From contig JBCBZT010000018.1 in the NCBI GenBank assembly GCA_039815185.1, forward strand, positions 32,001 to 96,000: a DNA stretch of 64,000 bases, in the 5' to 3' direction. The position numbers were made by a program, and so were the translations under genes. Below the pieces are notes generated by a model. That model made no database searches, was not told where the DNA came from, and was given only the letters and a program-made list of their open reading frames with translations. Below are positions 39,753 through 51,509 of this stretch, in pieces (position 1 is the first letter of the stretch; each line of letters begins with the position of its first letter). The DNA comes from Cyanobacteria bacterium P01_A01_bin.123. GTDB taxonomy: Bacteria > Cyanobacteriota > Cyanobacteriia > Phormidesmidales > Phormidesmidaceae.

Positions 39753-42062
39753 TTAACGGATAACTTTCATATCAGGTTGAGGCATATCGGTCTGAGGTAT
39801 ATCGGGTTGGGGCGATCGCTCATCATCTGCCGTCGCTTCGCTGACTGAGCGGCGGGGTTGTTTGGGGCGCGGTGTCCGCAAGCTCTCTACGGTGGGCGCT
39901 TGAATGCGAACCTGCACTGCTGAGGGTTTACCCGTGCCATAGGTAAGACCATAGCTTTTGGCTAATAAGCTGTACCACATAGCTGGCCACAGGGGTTCCA
40001 ACCATGCCTGTTGGCGATGCAACCAGTTGGGAAACCAGCTCAAGCACCAACTCAGCAGGGCACTAGTGGTAAAGGTGAGATAGCTGCCCACCCATCGCAC
40101 CATATCAACAGGGCCAGCTAACTGCCAAATCCAGCCCAGTAAAGCTGGGTTTTGACTTGCGGCCGTTAGCGCCATGCGGTTAAATTCTGGCCAGGTTGCC
40201 CGATCTTTAATGAATCGATTGGCTACATCGGGTGATTGTTGCCCCAACACTCCAAAAAAAGTGTTGAGCATGGAATTGATCCGTTGGGGGGGAATAAACT
40301 CATGGGTGGGCACCATCATGCCCCTTGAAAATAGCCAGGTGACGGCGATATTACTTTGGAAAGCTCGAATTTGATTGAGATGGCGATCGCGCAGCAAATC
40401 ATAGCGTAGTGCAGTATCGAGCAGTTCCGTCAATCGGGGGAGATTCCTCACTAAGGAACCAAAACCCGTAAACACCAACGGTGATTGTAGCGAGGCCGCA
40501 TCACCGATGGCAACCAGGCGATCAAAGGCGACGGTGCGTTCTTCTGCACGGGTACTAAAGTGTCCTGGGATGTAGCCAAATGTGGGTTTACGCCAAGTCA
40601 GTTTGTCGAGATCGCAGCGACGATACTCGGGCAAAATGTGGAAAAAGTCCTCGTACATTTCCAGTAGGGAACCCGGGTTCTCAGGATTAACTTGATGATA
40701 GTGAAAAAGGTAAACTGTGAGCTCATTGTCACGGCCTGGAAACAGCTCCCAAATGAGTTGCCGTCCGCGGGAAATATCGCCGTGACTGAACAATACATCT
40801 CCATAGTCTGAATTCCATACCTCTGGAGCAATTCCCCCCGAAATACAGGCTCCCACGGTAGGACAAACACTATCAAAGGCACGCCCGCCGTTGAGTTGCC
40901 ACGCAATCGGAGAGGCCGTACCCATGGCATCGACCAGCAGTCTCCCCTGAATGCGATGCTGCGTTTGGCGATTGCTCTCCTGGGCTGGCTCAACCCCTTC
41001 GGGTGGTTTACGCCAGTACTCACCGCGATGTCGAGTGTGTACCATTACCCCGTCCTGATCGATTTCGGCCCAAAGAAAGTCGGTTTCATCTAAGATGATG
41101 CCCCCAGCCGCCGTGAATTTTTCGCCACAGAATTTTAGGAGCTTTTCAGAATCAATGGCAATATTGAGCACCGTTGGGGTATGTAAAGTGGGCGCTTGGG
41201 CAGCAACCGGATTATTGGCATCAAAAAACTTGTTGAATCCGTCTTGGTATTCGTGGGCAATGAGGGCTTCAAACTCCTCGCTACTAAAAAGGCCTAAGTC
41301 AATTAGAGACTGAAACTCCTGGCGCGAGATGTTCCACTCCCGGTTCATGCGGCCGAAGGGTAACCGCTCAATCAACAGCACCCGGTGTCCTAGAGTGGCC
41401 ATCACAGCAGCATGGATAATCCCTAAAGCACCTCCGACATAAATCAGGTCAAATGGGGTTGGGGTAGCCTCAGGCAAGGTTGATTGAGGCCTCTTGTTAA
41501 CAACAAATGGAATTTCAGTTTTAGGGTTAGGAGGCGCTTCCGAGGGCTTAAATAGGACAGGCTGGGGTTGCTTAGGCGATCGCACCGAGGCCCGCCATCG
41601 CTGTTCCCACCAGTAAACTCGCTGCAAGTCTTGCTCACCATTGGGCATCCGTTGGAAATAGTGAACGGTTTTTGGGTAATGCGGTTGGAGTGCCTCAAAG
41701 ATCGACTGCTGGCTCAAATCGACCGTCGGAGGAGCAGGATATTGATGAGGAAAGGCTTGGCGAATTTCATCGGTGAGCTGCGGGATCGTTTCTTCCAGCT
41801 TTTGGGCTGAGGCCTGCCAGCAGAAGGCTTTCAAATAGGTGGTGCGCTGCACAGACCAAACAAAACAGGCGATCGCAGCGGCAAGTTGTGGATTGGTTTG
41901 TCCATCGGGCTGACGAGTGTCTTGGGGTGGTTGGAGTGATAGGCGAATGCCATCGGTAGTGATAACTTTGTGGCCAATTTTCGGTTCAAAAGTATGGTGC
42001 AGCCAATGAATGACCGCTTCAGTATCAGGGGTTGGAATCTCTAAATAGAGAATTTCTCTCAT
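39753..42062 (-). CDS. cruA: CruA-type lycopene cyclase (FAD-dependent)
   Basis: ILYLEIPTPD N-terminus, YVGGALG, MNREWNIS, VCPTVG, GDAASLQSPLVFTGFGS. Confidence 0.8.
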   Translation of the reverse strand: MREILYLEIPTPDTEAVIHWLHHTFEPKIGHKVITTDGIRLSLQPPQDTRQPDGQTNPQLAAAIACFVWSVQRTTYLKAFCWQASAQKLEETIPQLTDEIRQAFPHQYPAPPTVDLSQQSIFEALQPHYPKTVHYFQRMPNGEQDLQRVYWWEQRWRASVRSPKQPQPVLFKPSEAPPNPKTEIPFVVNKRPQSTLPEATPTPFDLIYVGGALGIIHAAVMATLGHRVLLIERLPFGRMNREWNISRQEFQSLIDLGLFSSEEFEALIAHEYQDGFNKFFDANNPVAAQAPTLHTPTVLNIAIDSEKLLKFCGEKFTAAGGIILDETDFLWAEIDQDGVMVHTRHRGEYWRKPPEGVEPAQESNRQTQHRIQGRLLVDAMGTASPIAWQLNGGRAFDSVCPTVGACISGGIAPEVWNSDYGDVLFSHGDISRGRQLIWELFPGRDNELTVYLFHYHQVNPENPGSLLEMYEDFFHILPEYRRCDLDKLTWRKPTFGYIPGHFSTRAEERTVAFDRLVAIGDAASLQSPLVFTGFGSLVRNLPRLTELLDTALRYDLLRDRHLNQIRAFQSNIAVTWLFSRGMMVPTHEFIPPQRINSMLNTFFGVLGQQSPDVANRFIKDRATWPEFNRMALTAASQNPALLGWIWQLAGPVDMVRWVGSYLTFTTSALLSWCLSWFPNWLHRQQAWLEPLWPAMWYSLLAKSYGLTYGTGKPSAVQVRIQAPTVESLRTPRPKQPRRSVSEATADDERSPQPDIPQTDMPQPDMKVIR

Positions 42063-42240
42063 CGGAAGTTTGATTTAAAGTAAGGGAGCTAAAAATTCCA
42101 GCTAATATTGCACTGAAATCAGACAGGGGTGACCTGCCATTTAGGCGCTATGTCAGCTATATTCAGCACACCCGGGGATTAAATAGGGGTTTTCAACAGA
42201 GTGCGAGCCTTTTTCGTAGTCTCTAACACCATATTTCATT

Positions 42241-42288
42241 AAATAGCAATCGGGCGACGTTGAGACCAACGTCGCCCGATTGCTATTT
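42241..42288 (-). terminator. 22-bp perfect hairpin downstream of hetR
   Basis: AAATAGCAATCGGGCGACGTTG-AGAC-CAACGTCGCCCGATTGCTATTT. Confidence 0.75.
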
Positions 42289-42318
42289 TGCCCTTACGGC
42301 TGGAAAGTACCTAGGCTT

Positions 42319-43263
<945 letters not shown>

Positions 43264-43506
43264 CTAGTAATGGAACACTACAAAGTGACTCATTTCAGGA
43301 TTGCCCATCAGTATGAAAGCTTGATGCTGGTATAGCTTAAAGCATTTTGATTGTTGTAACTCATGCAGTTATGAGTCTAAAATCAATCTAATGATTTGCT
43401 TGGTGATGGGCGTTGAGATTGGTGACGAGCAACTAAGACTGTTATCAACGATCGATAACAAATCAACTGTGTAACAAGCGCCTTGATTTAATTGGCAAAC
43501 TAGCGT

Positions 43507-43935
43507 TTAAATCAAAGATTTTGCCATGGCAGTCTGAGCGTCCGAGGTGACGCGTCCGCTGCCTCGAAACGCTATGTTTTGCTGGTCTTCACTGGCATAA
43601 GCTGTAAGACGTCCACTGCCGCGATCTTGTTCGTTAGCTTTGATACTCGTGACGTACCAGTAGTTTGTCTCAGTGATATTTAACCCAGCTACGAAGCGGC
43701 CGCTACCGCGGTCGTCCTGGGCGGTCATGCGACCGCTGCCACGATTGGCGGGTTTGACCGGTTCTGCCATTGCCTTCATGCGACCGCTGCCACGAAAGAG
43801 CGTAGGGCGATGGGGGGAATGATCGATTTGGTTGACTTGGATTGATGAAGAATTGCTAGAAAAGCTACCAATGGCACCCAATATTGACATAATGCTGAGG
43901 GAACCAGCCCAAAGAAGTTTTGAAGAAGTCTGCAT
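43507..43935 (-). CDS. patX: PatX-like signal-peptide protein with five RGSGR motifs
   Basis: Hydrophobic N-terminus; RGSGR at aa 48, 65, 76, 105 and 124; lies between an FAD oxidoreductase gene and hetR. Confidence 0.85.
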   Translation of the reverse strand: MQTSSKLLWAGSLSIMSILGAIGSFSSNSSSIQVNQIDHSPHRPTLFRGSGRMKAMAEPVKPANRGSGRMTAQDDRGSGRFVAGLNITETNYWYVTSIKANEQDRGSGRLTAYASEDQQNIAFRGSGRVTSDAQTAMAKSLI

Positions 43936-43969
43936 AAGAACCTTTCCGTCTTTAGCGCTTATGGTTCTT

Positions 43970-43998
43970 CTTACGTGGGTTGCCCGTTCAGCTCAGGA
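43970..43998 (-). promoter_or_regulatory. DIF1-like promoter of patX
   Basis: Minus strand TCCTGA-N18-GTAAG; one mismatch from the DIF1 TCCGGA -35 element. Confidence 0.5.
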
Positions 43999-44097
43999 AA
44001 ATATACGTCCGTGTAAACGCTGAACTTTACAATTTGCGGGATATGGTTTAAAGCAATTGTGTTAATTTGAGCCAGGCTCAACATCTATTGTTAACAC

Positions 44098-46020
44098 TCA
44101 TGCTTTGTGTTTGCTGAGTTGGAGCGTGTTGACGCGCAGCCATGACCCAGATGGATTCCACCAGCCTGTGACGGTAATGGGTTGGGAATTGGATAACTGT
44201 TTGAGAACTTGCTCGATGCTGGGACGCAAGGTGACTAAAGGGCAAGGATCGAGTAAGCCGTCCAGGGTCGGCTGTATCAGGGCATATTGTTGGGGGTCGA
44301 TGCGCTGAAATAGGCCGCTGACAGACTGGTAGTTTGGGGTTTTGGTATTGTCGTTGAGTGATGGGGTGGATAGCGTGGCTGCGTCATGGGAGCTACGCTG
44401 TCTCTTGAGGGCGATCGCCGCCTCATCTGTAGCTGACATCGATGGGGCGAAGGCGTTGTCCCACCCCTGCTTGGGATAGTGCTCAGGAAAATTCAAATAG
44501 TGTTGCTGCTGGGCCAGCCAAGCTTGAGGATTATTAGATAGATTGAATAAAGGAACTACGGCTGAAGGGGCTAACGGATCATTCAATAATGCGCTTTGGA
44601 GCGACCGGATTGATAAGGCGCGGGGTTGCTGATTGCCCTCAACGCAAAGCGCTGCTGCCATGCCAGCTGCTTGGCCAATTAGGAGCACGACAGGTTGTAG
44701 GCGGGTCGCGCCGTTGGCCAGATGACTGACAGATAGATTTTTGTCACACACTAAGAAGCCATCAATGGCTTCAGGTACGAGGGCACCGTAAGGGATGGCG
44801 AAAGGCGTGCCAGTCCATCGTCCCCCCCAGCGGATTGATTTGGATCGCAGCGGATAGTCAACCCCTGGATAGTGGTGATCGTTGGTATAGTTACCAATGG
44901 CGATCGCGTTGATGTCTCCTGCTGAATTATGAGGCAAGGTGGCTACGGCACCCTCGCTCAGCGGCAGAATGTCGATTTCTGTGACGGTGGATAGACCCTG
45001 AAGACGGCGGCTTTCACGGTAGTAGGGCATCAAGCCAAAGGCACCGCCGCCTAACTGCCCTGGCCATTGGGGAAACAGATCGGTTGCTAAGCCATAGCGT
45101 TGTCCAACGTGTTTTTGAATATAATGTGCGAAGCCCTGGCTGTGGGCGTGGGCTGATTGTAGCCAGTCTTGGCGAGTAGCGGCGTCTGCCACTAATTGTT
45201 GGAGATTATGGCCATAGTCATTACCGCGTATGGGCCAATTAATCATGAAACGATTGCCAGGTAGCCGCCCATAGTTAAGAAAGGTCGTTGCCCCATGATT
45301 CGCCCAGGCACCTCCGAATTGAGCTAAATCAATCCCCTCAGGAAGGGGAATTTCTGGCGCGATCGTCCTCTCAGTCTGGTCTTCTCTCCCTGCGGCATCG
45401 CCAAAATCTTGCATTACCACGACCCATGTGGGAGCTTGTACGGGATACTTATCGGCGATCGCGGCTAATGGATCACTCAAATCGCTTAAATCTGCTGGGG
45501 CACTGGGCTCTTGCCAAACATGCCGATCTTCCCAACCCCAGCGATAGGGAATTTCGCCTAGGGCCAGCAGATCGCCCAACTCAGTGCCGTCTAGGGTGAT
45601 TTGGGCATAGATCGTATAGTCAGAAAATTGAACGCCCACGACGCGATCGCCCTGACGCAATACTTCTTGGGGCACCTGATGGGCAATCCAATAAAGATTG
45701 GGTAGTGCCTTTACCCAATCTGTAAAAATACCTGCGCCGATGGCCGGGTCAAAATTAAAAAAACTGACCCAGCCGTGGTCTAATCCTGCCGGGTGGCGCG
45801 CTTCCAATGCGTCTAGAAAGGCTCCCCAAAGCCCCGTTTGCCATGCTTCCAGCTCATTACCGTCGGGTGCCGACACCCCTGCTGCAGTGAGCATTCCCCC
45901 CAGCCAGCTAAACTCACTGACTAGGATGGTTTGGGCACCCCGCCGAGCGGCTTGGATGGCAGCTGCTGTACCCCCTGTGCCACCGCCCACGACCAAAACT
46001 TCTGTAGAGAGGGTTTCCAT
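44098..46020 (-). CDS. FAD-dependent oxidoreductase
   Basis: VLVVGGGTGG, LGGMLT, DGTELGDL, PYYRESRRL, NGATRLQP. Confidence 0.9.
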   Translation of the reverse strand: METLSTEVLVVGGGTGGTAAAIQAARRGAQTILVSEFSWLGGMLTAAGVSAPDGNELEAWQTGLWGAFLDALEARHPAGLDHGWVSFFNFDPAIGAGIFTDWVKALPNLYWIAHQVPQEVLRQGDRVVGVQFSDYTIYAQITLDGTELGDLLALGEIPYRWGWEDRHVWQEPSAPADLSDLSDPLAAIADKYPVQAPTWVVVMQDFGDAAGREDQTERTIAPEIPLPEGIDLAQFGGAWANHGATTFLNYGRLPGNRFMINWPIRGNDYGHNLQQLVADAATRQDWLQSAHAHSQGFAHYIQKHVGQRYGLATDLFPQWPGQLGGGAFGLMPYYRESRRLQGLSTVTEIDILPLSEGAVATLPHNSAGDINAIAIGNYTNDHHYPGVDYPLRSKSIRWGGRWTGTPFAIPYGALVPEAIDGFLVCDKNLSVSHLANGATRLQPVVLLIGQAAGMAAALCVEGNQQPRALSIRSLQSALLNDPLAPSAVVPLFNLSNNPQAWLAQQQHYLNFPEHYPKQGWDNAFAPSMSATDEAAIALKRQRSSHDAATLSTPSLNDNTKTPNYQSVSGLFQRIDPQQYALIQPTLDGLLDPCPLVTLRPSIEQVLKQLSNSQPITVTGWWNPSGSWLRVNTLQLSKHKA

Positions 46021-46147
46021 CGATAACCCTGGTTAAAGACGCCTCATCATATCAGTCTTCTAACCAACCTTTTGGACTACACACACCTTCGTAGAAGGAT
46101 GGTACTTTAAGGTCAAGGCTCATTCAGTGAACGTTACGACACTAACC

Positions 46148-47026
46148 ATGTACCAGCGCGCGCTCATCTGCACCGATTTTACCGATGGCATTTATCGGTT
46201 AACCGCTTTTATTGCTGAGTTGAAAGCGGGGGGCTTACGCCACTTGGTCTTTTTTCACAATGTTCCCATTGACGAAGATCGGGGAATCCCACGCATCGAT
46301 GAAGAACAGGTTGAAGCCTGTTGTAATCGGCTCGAATCGAGCCTTCCTGATCTTCCTGATGGTATTACCGTCGAGGTAAAAGTTGAATCGGGGCGGGTTA
46401 CCGATAACATCTTGGAGGTTACCAAAGCCGACGAAATTGATGTGGTCATCTTAGGAGCCGCAACCCGAAATGTGCTTCAAGAGCAGTTTTTTGGGAGTAC
46501 TACCAAAGAACTGCTGCAAAAAATTCCTGTTCCCATACTTATCCTCAGACCCCAATTGATTTCTGCCTACACGGCTGAGGAGTTGGCCCTACGCTGTTGT
46601 CACCTGTTCCGATACTTTCTGCTGCCCTACGACGATAGCGACAGTGCTAAGTTCATCGTTAGCCGCATTCTAGAGCAGCTTGAGGCCCACCCTTCTGGCG
46701 GCTTAGAAAAGGCTCTGCTGTTGTGGGTAATTGACGATAGCATCCGGGAAGAACTCAGGGCTGGTATGACCCCAGAAACCCTCCAGGAACCCCTAGATCA
46801 AACTGCTCAAAAGCTATCGGCAAAACAGATTGAAGTAAAAACTGAGATCCAACAAGGCGATCCTTGTGCCGAGATTTTGAAAGCGGCAGAGATTCACGAC
46901 ATCAGCGCGATCGCGCTTTCATCAGGCGCTAAAGGCTGGCGACGCTGGTCAGTGCCCAGTACCACAAGCGCTATTTTGCGACAAAGCTGGCATCCCGTTT
47001 TGGTTTATCCCACCGCTGATAGCTAG
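46148..47026 (+). CDS. tandem-domain universal stress protein
   Basis: ALICTDFTD...FFGSTT...PILILRP; second domain LLPYD...WHPVLVYP. Confidence 0.88.
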   Translation: MYQRALICTDFTDGIYRLTAFIAELKAGGLRHLVFFHNVPIDEDRGIPRIDEEQVEACCNRLESSLPDLPDGITVEVKVESGRVTDNILEVTKADEIDVVILGAATRNVLQEQFFGSTTKELLQKIPVPILILRPQLISAYTAEELALRCCHLFRYFLLPYDDSDSAKFIVSRILEQLEAHPSGGLEKALLLWVIDDSIREELRAGMTPETLQEPLDQTAQKLSAKQIEVKTEIQQGDPCAEILKAAEIHDISAIALSSGAKGWRRWSVPSTTSAILRQSWHPVLVYPTADS

Positions 47027-47035
47027 GTAGGAACC

Positions 47036-48583
47036 TTAGTGTCCAGGAAGGCCTTTGGCAATTCCCGAGGTTACGTCTGGATAAATCGACTCCAGTAACT
47101 TTGCAATCTTGGGTTTAAGCTTGTCGTTGAGTTCTGTTTTCAAGATGGCTTTGCTGTCTTGGGGGTTGCCCACGGAACGCTGGGGTTGGGCAATTGTCAT
47201 CCACTCTTTCAGCAGCTTGCACTGGGGAATCACAATGCTTGCTTCCGCCACATGGGCACAACGCCGCGGCTCTTCGAGGGCAAAAAAGAGAATTTTGTAG
47301 CGACCCGTTCGAGCCAAAAGCCCTGTCATCTCTGGGCCTGACGGACTCTTCAAATCGAGATAACATGGCAACCAGCGGAGCCCCTTAGTGCTGGTGTAAA
47401 CGACGGTTAACCACAGCACCATGGGATGGGGACTCATGGTACAGATAAAATTGTTATAGGGGGCGCGAATTAATTCGGATTGAATAGCCCTTTGGGGCAA
47501 CATTACCCAAAGGGTAGGCCACACCTGCTCAGAAGTGCGAAACGGCTGATAAAAGACAATTTCTGCTATTGGTTTATCCTTAGGCCAAGATGCCAAAGAA
47601 AAAATCGTTGCCTCAGCACTGTTTTTAGAAGATGATTTCTTGGTGATCGGCAGTTCTGAGAGGGTTTTATTGATGCGATGACTAATGCGTAGGCCTGCGC
47701 CATACTTTTCCTCGAGGGGGGCGAGTTCATCGAGAACGGCTTTGATGCTTTGGGGTCGCTGATCCGCATCTTTTGCCAGACAGGCCATCACTAAAGATTC
47801 CAGCCGTTTAGGGATAGTTGCTCTGGGATCAATCTGGGATAGGCGTTTGGGCGTTTGGGAATGATGGGCTTTATACCAACTGCCAAAAGAGTGCGTATCA
47901 GCTCGAATCGGCATCTTGCCCGTGAGCATTTGAAACATCATCACGCCTAAGCTATAGATGTCTGAGCGACTGTCGAGTTCGCGGCCTTCCATCTGCTCTG
48001 GGGAGGCATAGGCTAAGGTGCCCATGAAGCAATTGGTTTGTTGACTGTCAGCCTGCATCAGTTTGGCGATGCCGAAGTCAAGGATTTTGGCGAGTTCTCC
48101 CAGGGTAGGATCTTGGGTTACTAAAATATTGCTCGGTTTGATGTCGCGGTGAATGATGGGAAAAGTTTTGCCCCGTAGGATGATACCTTCATGGGCCGCA
48201 ACTAACCCCAGACTAATTTGGCGAGCTAAGCCTAGGAATCTGGGCACAGCCAAAGGATTCAGATTAATCAATTTGCTAAGGCTGTTGCCCCGCAAATACT
48301 CCATCACGTAGTACGGGATTTCGTCTTCACTGACGCCGTAATCGGTAACCCGTACTACGTGGATGCTTTTTTGTCCGAGTTGGGCACAGGTGGTCGCTTC
48401 TTGGACAAACCGCTCCCGCATTTTTTCATTGAGTAGGGTTTGGGATAGAAACTTAACCGCGACTTGAACTCCCCCTAGTAATCCATCTTCTGCCAGATAT
48501 ACCCGCCCCATCGATCCTTGCCCAACGGTTTCGATCAATTCGTAGCGGTTGGCGAGTTTTCGTCCGATGTTGTTATCTGGCAT
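47036..48583 (-). CDS. Hanks-type Ser/Thr protein kinase
   Basis: GQGSMGRV, VAVK, HRDIKPSN, DFG, YASPEQ, SDIYSLG; start taken at MPDNNIG. Confidence 0.93.
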   Translation of the reverse strand: MPDNNIGRKLANRYELIETVGQGSMGRVYLAEDGLLGGVQVAVKFLSQTLLNEKMRERFVQEATTCAQLGQKSIHVVRVTDYGVSEDEIPYYVMEYLRGNSLSKLINLNPLAVPRFLGLARQISLGLVAAHEGIILRGKTFPIIHRDIKPSNILVTQDPTLGELAKILDFGIAKLMQADSQQTNCFMGTLAYASPEQMEGRELDSRSDIYSLGVMMFQMLTGKMPIRADTHSFGSWYKAHHSQTPKRLSQIDPRATIPKRLESLVMACLAKDADQRPQSIKAVLDELAPLEEKYGAGLRISHRINKTLSELPITKKSSSKNSAEATIFSLASWPKDKPIAEIVFYQPFRTSEQVWPTLWVMLPQRAIQSELIRAPYNNFICTMSPHPMVLWLTVVYTSTKGLRWLPCYLDLKSPSGPEMTGLLARTGRYKILFFALEEPRRCAHVAEASIVIPQCKLLKEWMTIAQPQRSVGNPQDSKAILKTELNDKLKPKIAKLLESIYPDVTSGIAKGLPGH

Positions 48584-48758
48584 AGGCCTAAAACGGGGGC
48601 ATTGGAAGACAAGCAAAGGCACGCAAATGTATTGTGGCGTGGTGCTAAAGACATGAGAGGTCAGTTTTAACGCCCAGCTCAAAATCGCTGCACATAATTC
48701 GCATTTAACTTTTATCGTAGCGCCCCAACCTAGCATTCCCAACTATGGCGCTCTCAAA

Positions 48759-49232
48759 TCATGAACGGATATCTTGGCGCTCCAAAGTCGCTTCCATTGC
48801 GCTCACCAGATAATGACCCGCCATGATACCACTAGAGAGATGATATCGATTCTCCCCTACGCGATATAGGGTTTCAAACCCAGTTCTCCGTTGGCGATCG
48901 CCGAGCACCCAATATCTTTGAACAATTGATTCAGGAGCGACCCAACCTTCCCCTTCCACGCGCCCAAGCAGGCTGTGTTGTAAGACGAAGGTATACTGGC
49001 GTTCCCCAGATATTAAACGCCCCCGATATTGCAACGCGATATCATCCATTGCACCTTCAGATTCCGAGAATTCCCCATTGGAAAACGTCAGCTTGGTCAC
49101 CATTGTGAACCAGTCATCCCGGCTCCAGGCAATCAATGTCTTGCCCCTCACAAGCACAGGCATTGCGTCGCGCTCTAGCCAGTTGCCTTGGAGTGTCCAA
49201 CGCCCTGGTTCAATTAAAAAGCTGTGGACCAC
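48759..49232 (-). CDS. conserved cyanobacterial hypothetical protein (beta-rich)
   Basis: HSFLIEPGRW...YTFVLQHSLLGRVEGEGW...RRTGFET. Confidence 0.8.
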   Translation of the reverse strand: MVHSFLIEPGRWTLQGNWLERDAMPVLVRGKTLIAWSRDDWFTMVTKLTFSNGEFSESEGAMDDIALQYRGRLISGERQYTFVLQHSLLGRVEGEGWVAPESIVQRYWVLGDRQRRTGFETLYRVGENRYHLSSGIMAGHYLVSAMEATLERQDIRS

Positions 49233-49403
49233 TAATTTGTCCTTGGAATCTATCTTTAGTTCTATATCACCCTTCCCAGAATATCGGGAATTTGAAATGG
49301 GTTGTTATGGAACTTGATCGAGTCTTTACAGCTTTATCCTGTCTTTACAGCTTGGGAAGGCCATGATCAGGAGAGACCCCTAGAGCCACATTCCAAGCTG
49401 GGC

Positions 49404-50558
49404 TTAATTTGTATTCCAAACCTCTCCTAGGGATACCGCAGTTGTGGCCCCGGTGACTTTGGGTAGATTGCTGGCTACATTGTGCCAGCGCCAGTAGGCG
49501 AGTACCGCGAATGCGATCGCTTCTTTGTGTTCAACACTGATGTTCGCCGCTTCAGTCGTCAAGATTGCCACTGGAGATAATCGCTGTTGCAGCCGCTGCC
49601 GTAGATAGCTGTTGCGACTGCCACCACCACACAGCAAGATCTGATCAGGCAATTGGGGCAAAAATCGGGTGTATTCTTGGGCGATTGAAGCAGCGGTAAA
49701 GTCAGTCAGCGTGGCCAAAATATCGGCAGGGTTCAAGTCGTATGCTGTCGCTTGCATCAGGCAAGCCTTTAGGTAGTCAGGGCCAAACAATTCTCGTCCG
49801 GTCGATTTGGGAGGAATTTGCTGAAAATACTCATGCTGTAACCAGTGATCCACGAGTGGTAAGCAAGGGATGCCCTTGGCTGCCCAAGCCCCGTTTTGAT
49901 CATAGTGCTGTTGCCCGCCGGACAATTGGGCGACGGCCAAATCGATCAAACTGTTGCCGGGGCCTGTGTCCCAACCCCGAACTTGACTGATTGCCGGTTC
50001 TGGCCCGGTAGTTTGAGCCGGCAGATAGGTTGCGTTACCAATGCCCCCCAGGTTTTGCACGCAGCGATTGAAGCTGGCATGACTGAGTAAACAGGCATCT
50101 ACCAAGGGCACTAAAGGAGCCCCTTGGCCGCCGAGGGCAATGTCGGCAGCACGAAAGTTACTGATGGTGGGTGTTCTGGTCAGCCGCGCGATCGCGTCTC
50201 CCCGCCCTAACTGGAGACTATAGCCTAAGGTCTGGGGTTGGGTCGGACGGTGGAAGACCGTTTGCCCATGGGAGCCGATTAACCTGGCATGATCGCTGGC
50301 GGCTTGGTCAGCCTGAATCGAGAGAGCTGCTTGGGCAAAGGCTTGGGCGATCGTATCGTCTAATGTGGCTAAATCGGTTAGGGTGACGGGGGCACCTAAG
50401 GCGATCGCTAAGATTTTCTGTCGCAGGGCTGGGGCATAGGCGTAAGTTGCCCCGTGAATCAACGTCACGTCAACGGTATAACCTGTGCCTGTCACCTCAA
50501 CCAGGGCGGCGTCGATGCCATCTACCGACGTGCCGCTTATCAAACCGATCACTTTCAT
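49404..50558 (-). CDS. anmK: anhydro-N-acetylmuramic acid kinase
   Basis: [56 protein letters not shown]. Confidence 0.95.
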   Translation of the reverse strand: MKVIGLISGTSVDGIDAALVEVTGTGYTVDVTLIHGATYAYAPALRQKILAIALGAPVTLTDLATLDDTIAQAFAQAALSIQADQAASDHARLIGSHGQTVFHRPTQPQTLGYSLQLGRGDAIARLTRTPTISNFRAADIALGGQGAPLVPLVDACLLSHASFNRCVQNLGGIGNATYLPAQTTGPEPAISQVRGWDTGPGNSLIDLAVAQLSGGQQHYDQNGAWAAKGIPCLPLVDHWLQHEYFQQIPPKSTGRELFGPDYLKACLMQATAYDLNPADILATLTDFTAASIAQEYTRFLPQLPDQILLCGGGSRNSYLRQRLQQRLSPVAILTTEAANISVEHKEAIAFAVLAYWRWHNVASNLPKVTGATTAVSLGEVWNTN

Positions 50559-50653
50559 ACGCTCGCCTTAAACCACATCCGCTTTGAAAACTTGAGCTTT
50601 TAACTGCGGAAAAATCATAGCTCTGGATGTGGGGCTCTAGATGTGACTGGGGT

Positions 50654-51361
50654 TTACGTTTTGGGTAGCCGATCAATACCTTTATTTGCCCCAACGATCA
50701 CCATCACGGTACCTTCCTTGAGGCGAGTCACTGGGCTTGGGTTAATCTCAAATTTGTCAGGGGTTTCGGTTTTGCTAATAGCCATCAGGGTTAGCCCGTA
50801 GCGTTTCCGCAACTCTAGCTCCACAATGGTTTTTTGATCAAAGGACGGCGGCACAATCACTTCCACAATGCTGTGATCAGGGTCTAGCTCAAAGCGTTCG
50901 AGAATGCCAGGTTTCGTCAGCGATCGCGCCAATTCGCACCCCATCTCATGCTCAGGAAATACGACATGGTCAGCTCCCACTCGACGCAGAAGTTTGCCAT
51001 GAATTTCAGACGATGCTTTGGCCACTACCCGCTTCACGCCCGCTTCTTTGAGGTTCAAGGTCGTGATAATGCTTTCCTGGATATAATTACCGATGCCCAC
51101 AATGACCGTATCCATATCAGTTACCCCTGCCTCTTTGAGGGCAGAGGGCTCAGTTGAATCTAACTGAATCGCGTGGGTTGCCAACTGCTCTGACAAAATG
51201 TGTGCTACCCGCCGCTCATCCACATCAATACCCAAAACCTCATAGCCCAAGTGGTGCAGTGTAGAACACACTGCCCGACCAAAACGGCCAAGACCAATTA
51301 CGGTAAACTGTCGATTGCTCGTCCGTAGATTATGAAAAAAGCTCAGCGATGATAGGTTCAC
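50654..51361 (-). CDS. TrkA/KtrA potassium uptake regulatory subunit
   Basis: VIGLGRFG, RVGADHVVFPE; GTG start at 51361 avoids overlap with guaB3. Confidence 0.9.
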   Translation of the reverse strand: MNLSSLSFFHNLRTSNRQFTVIGLGRFGRAVCSTLHHLGYEVLGIDVDERRVAHILSEQLATHAIQLDSTEPSALKEAGVTDMDTVIVGIGNYIQESIITTLNLKEAGVKRVVAKASSEIHGKLLRRVGADHVVFPEHEMGCELARSLTKPGILERFELDPDHSIVEVIVPPSFDQKTIVELELRKRYGLTLMAISKTETPDKFEINPSPVTRLKEGTVMVIVGANKGIDRLPKT

Positions 51362-51509
51362 CTCGGTTCCTCGTGCTGTAAGCAATGGGGCCAAAGCGAT
51401 AGCTATAAAGCGATGGCTACAAAAATTATCCCCTAACCCAGGATGATCGGCGATTCCCATAAGTTTATTTGCTAGGCTAGCTAAATGATCTTGGGGATGG
51501 AAAAGAGCC

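Noticed and set aside
44012..44031. NtcA site upstream of patX
   Set aside because: GTA and TAC are 12 nt apart, not the GTA-N8-TAC consensus
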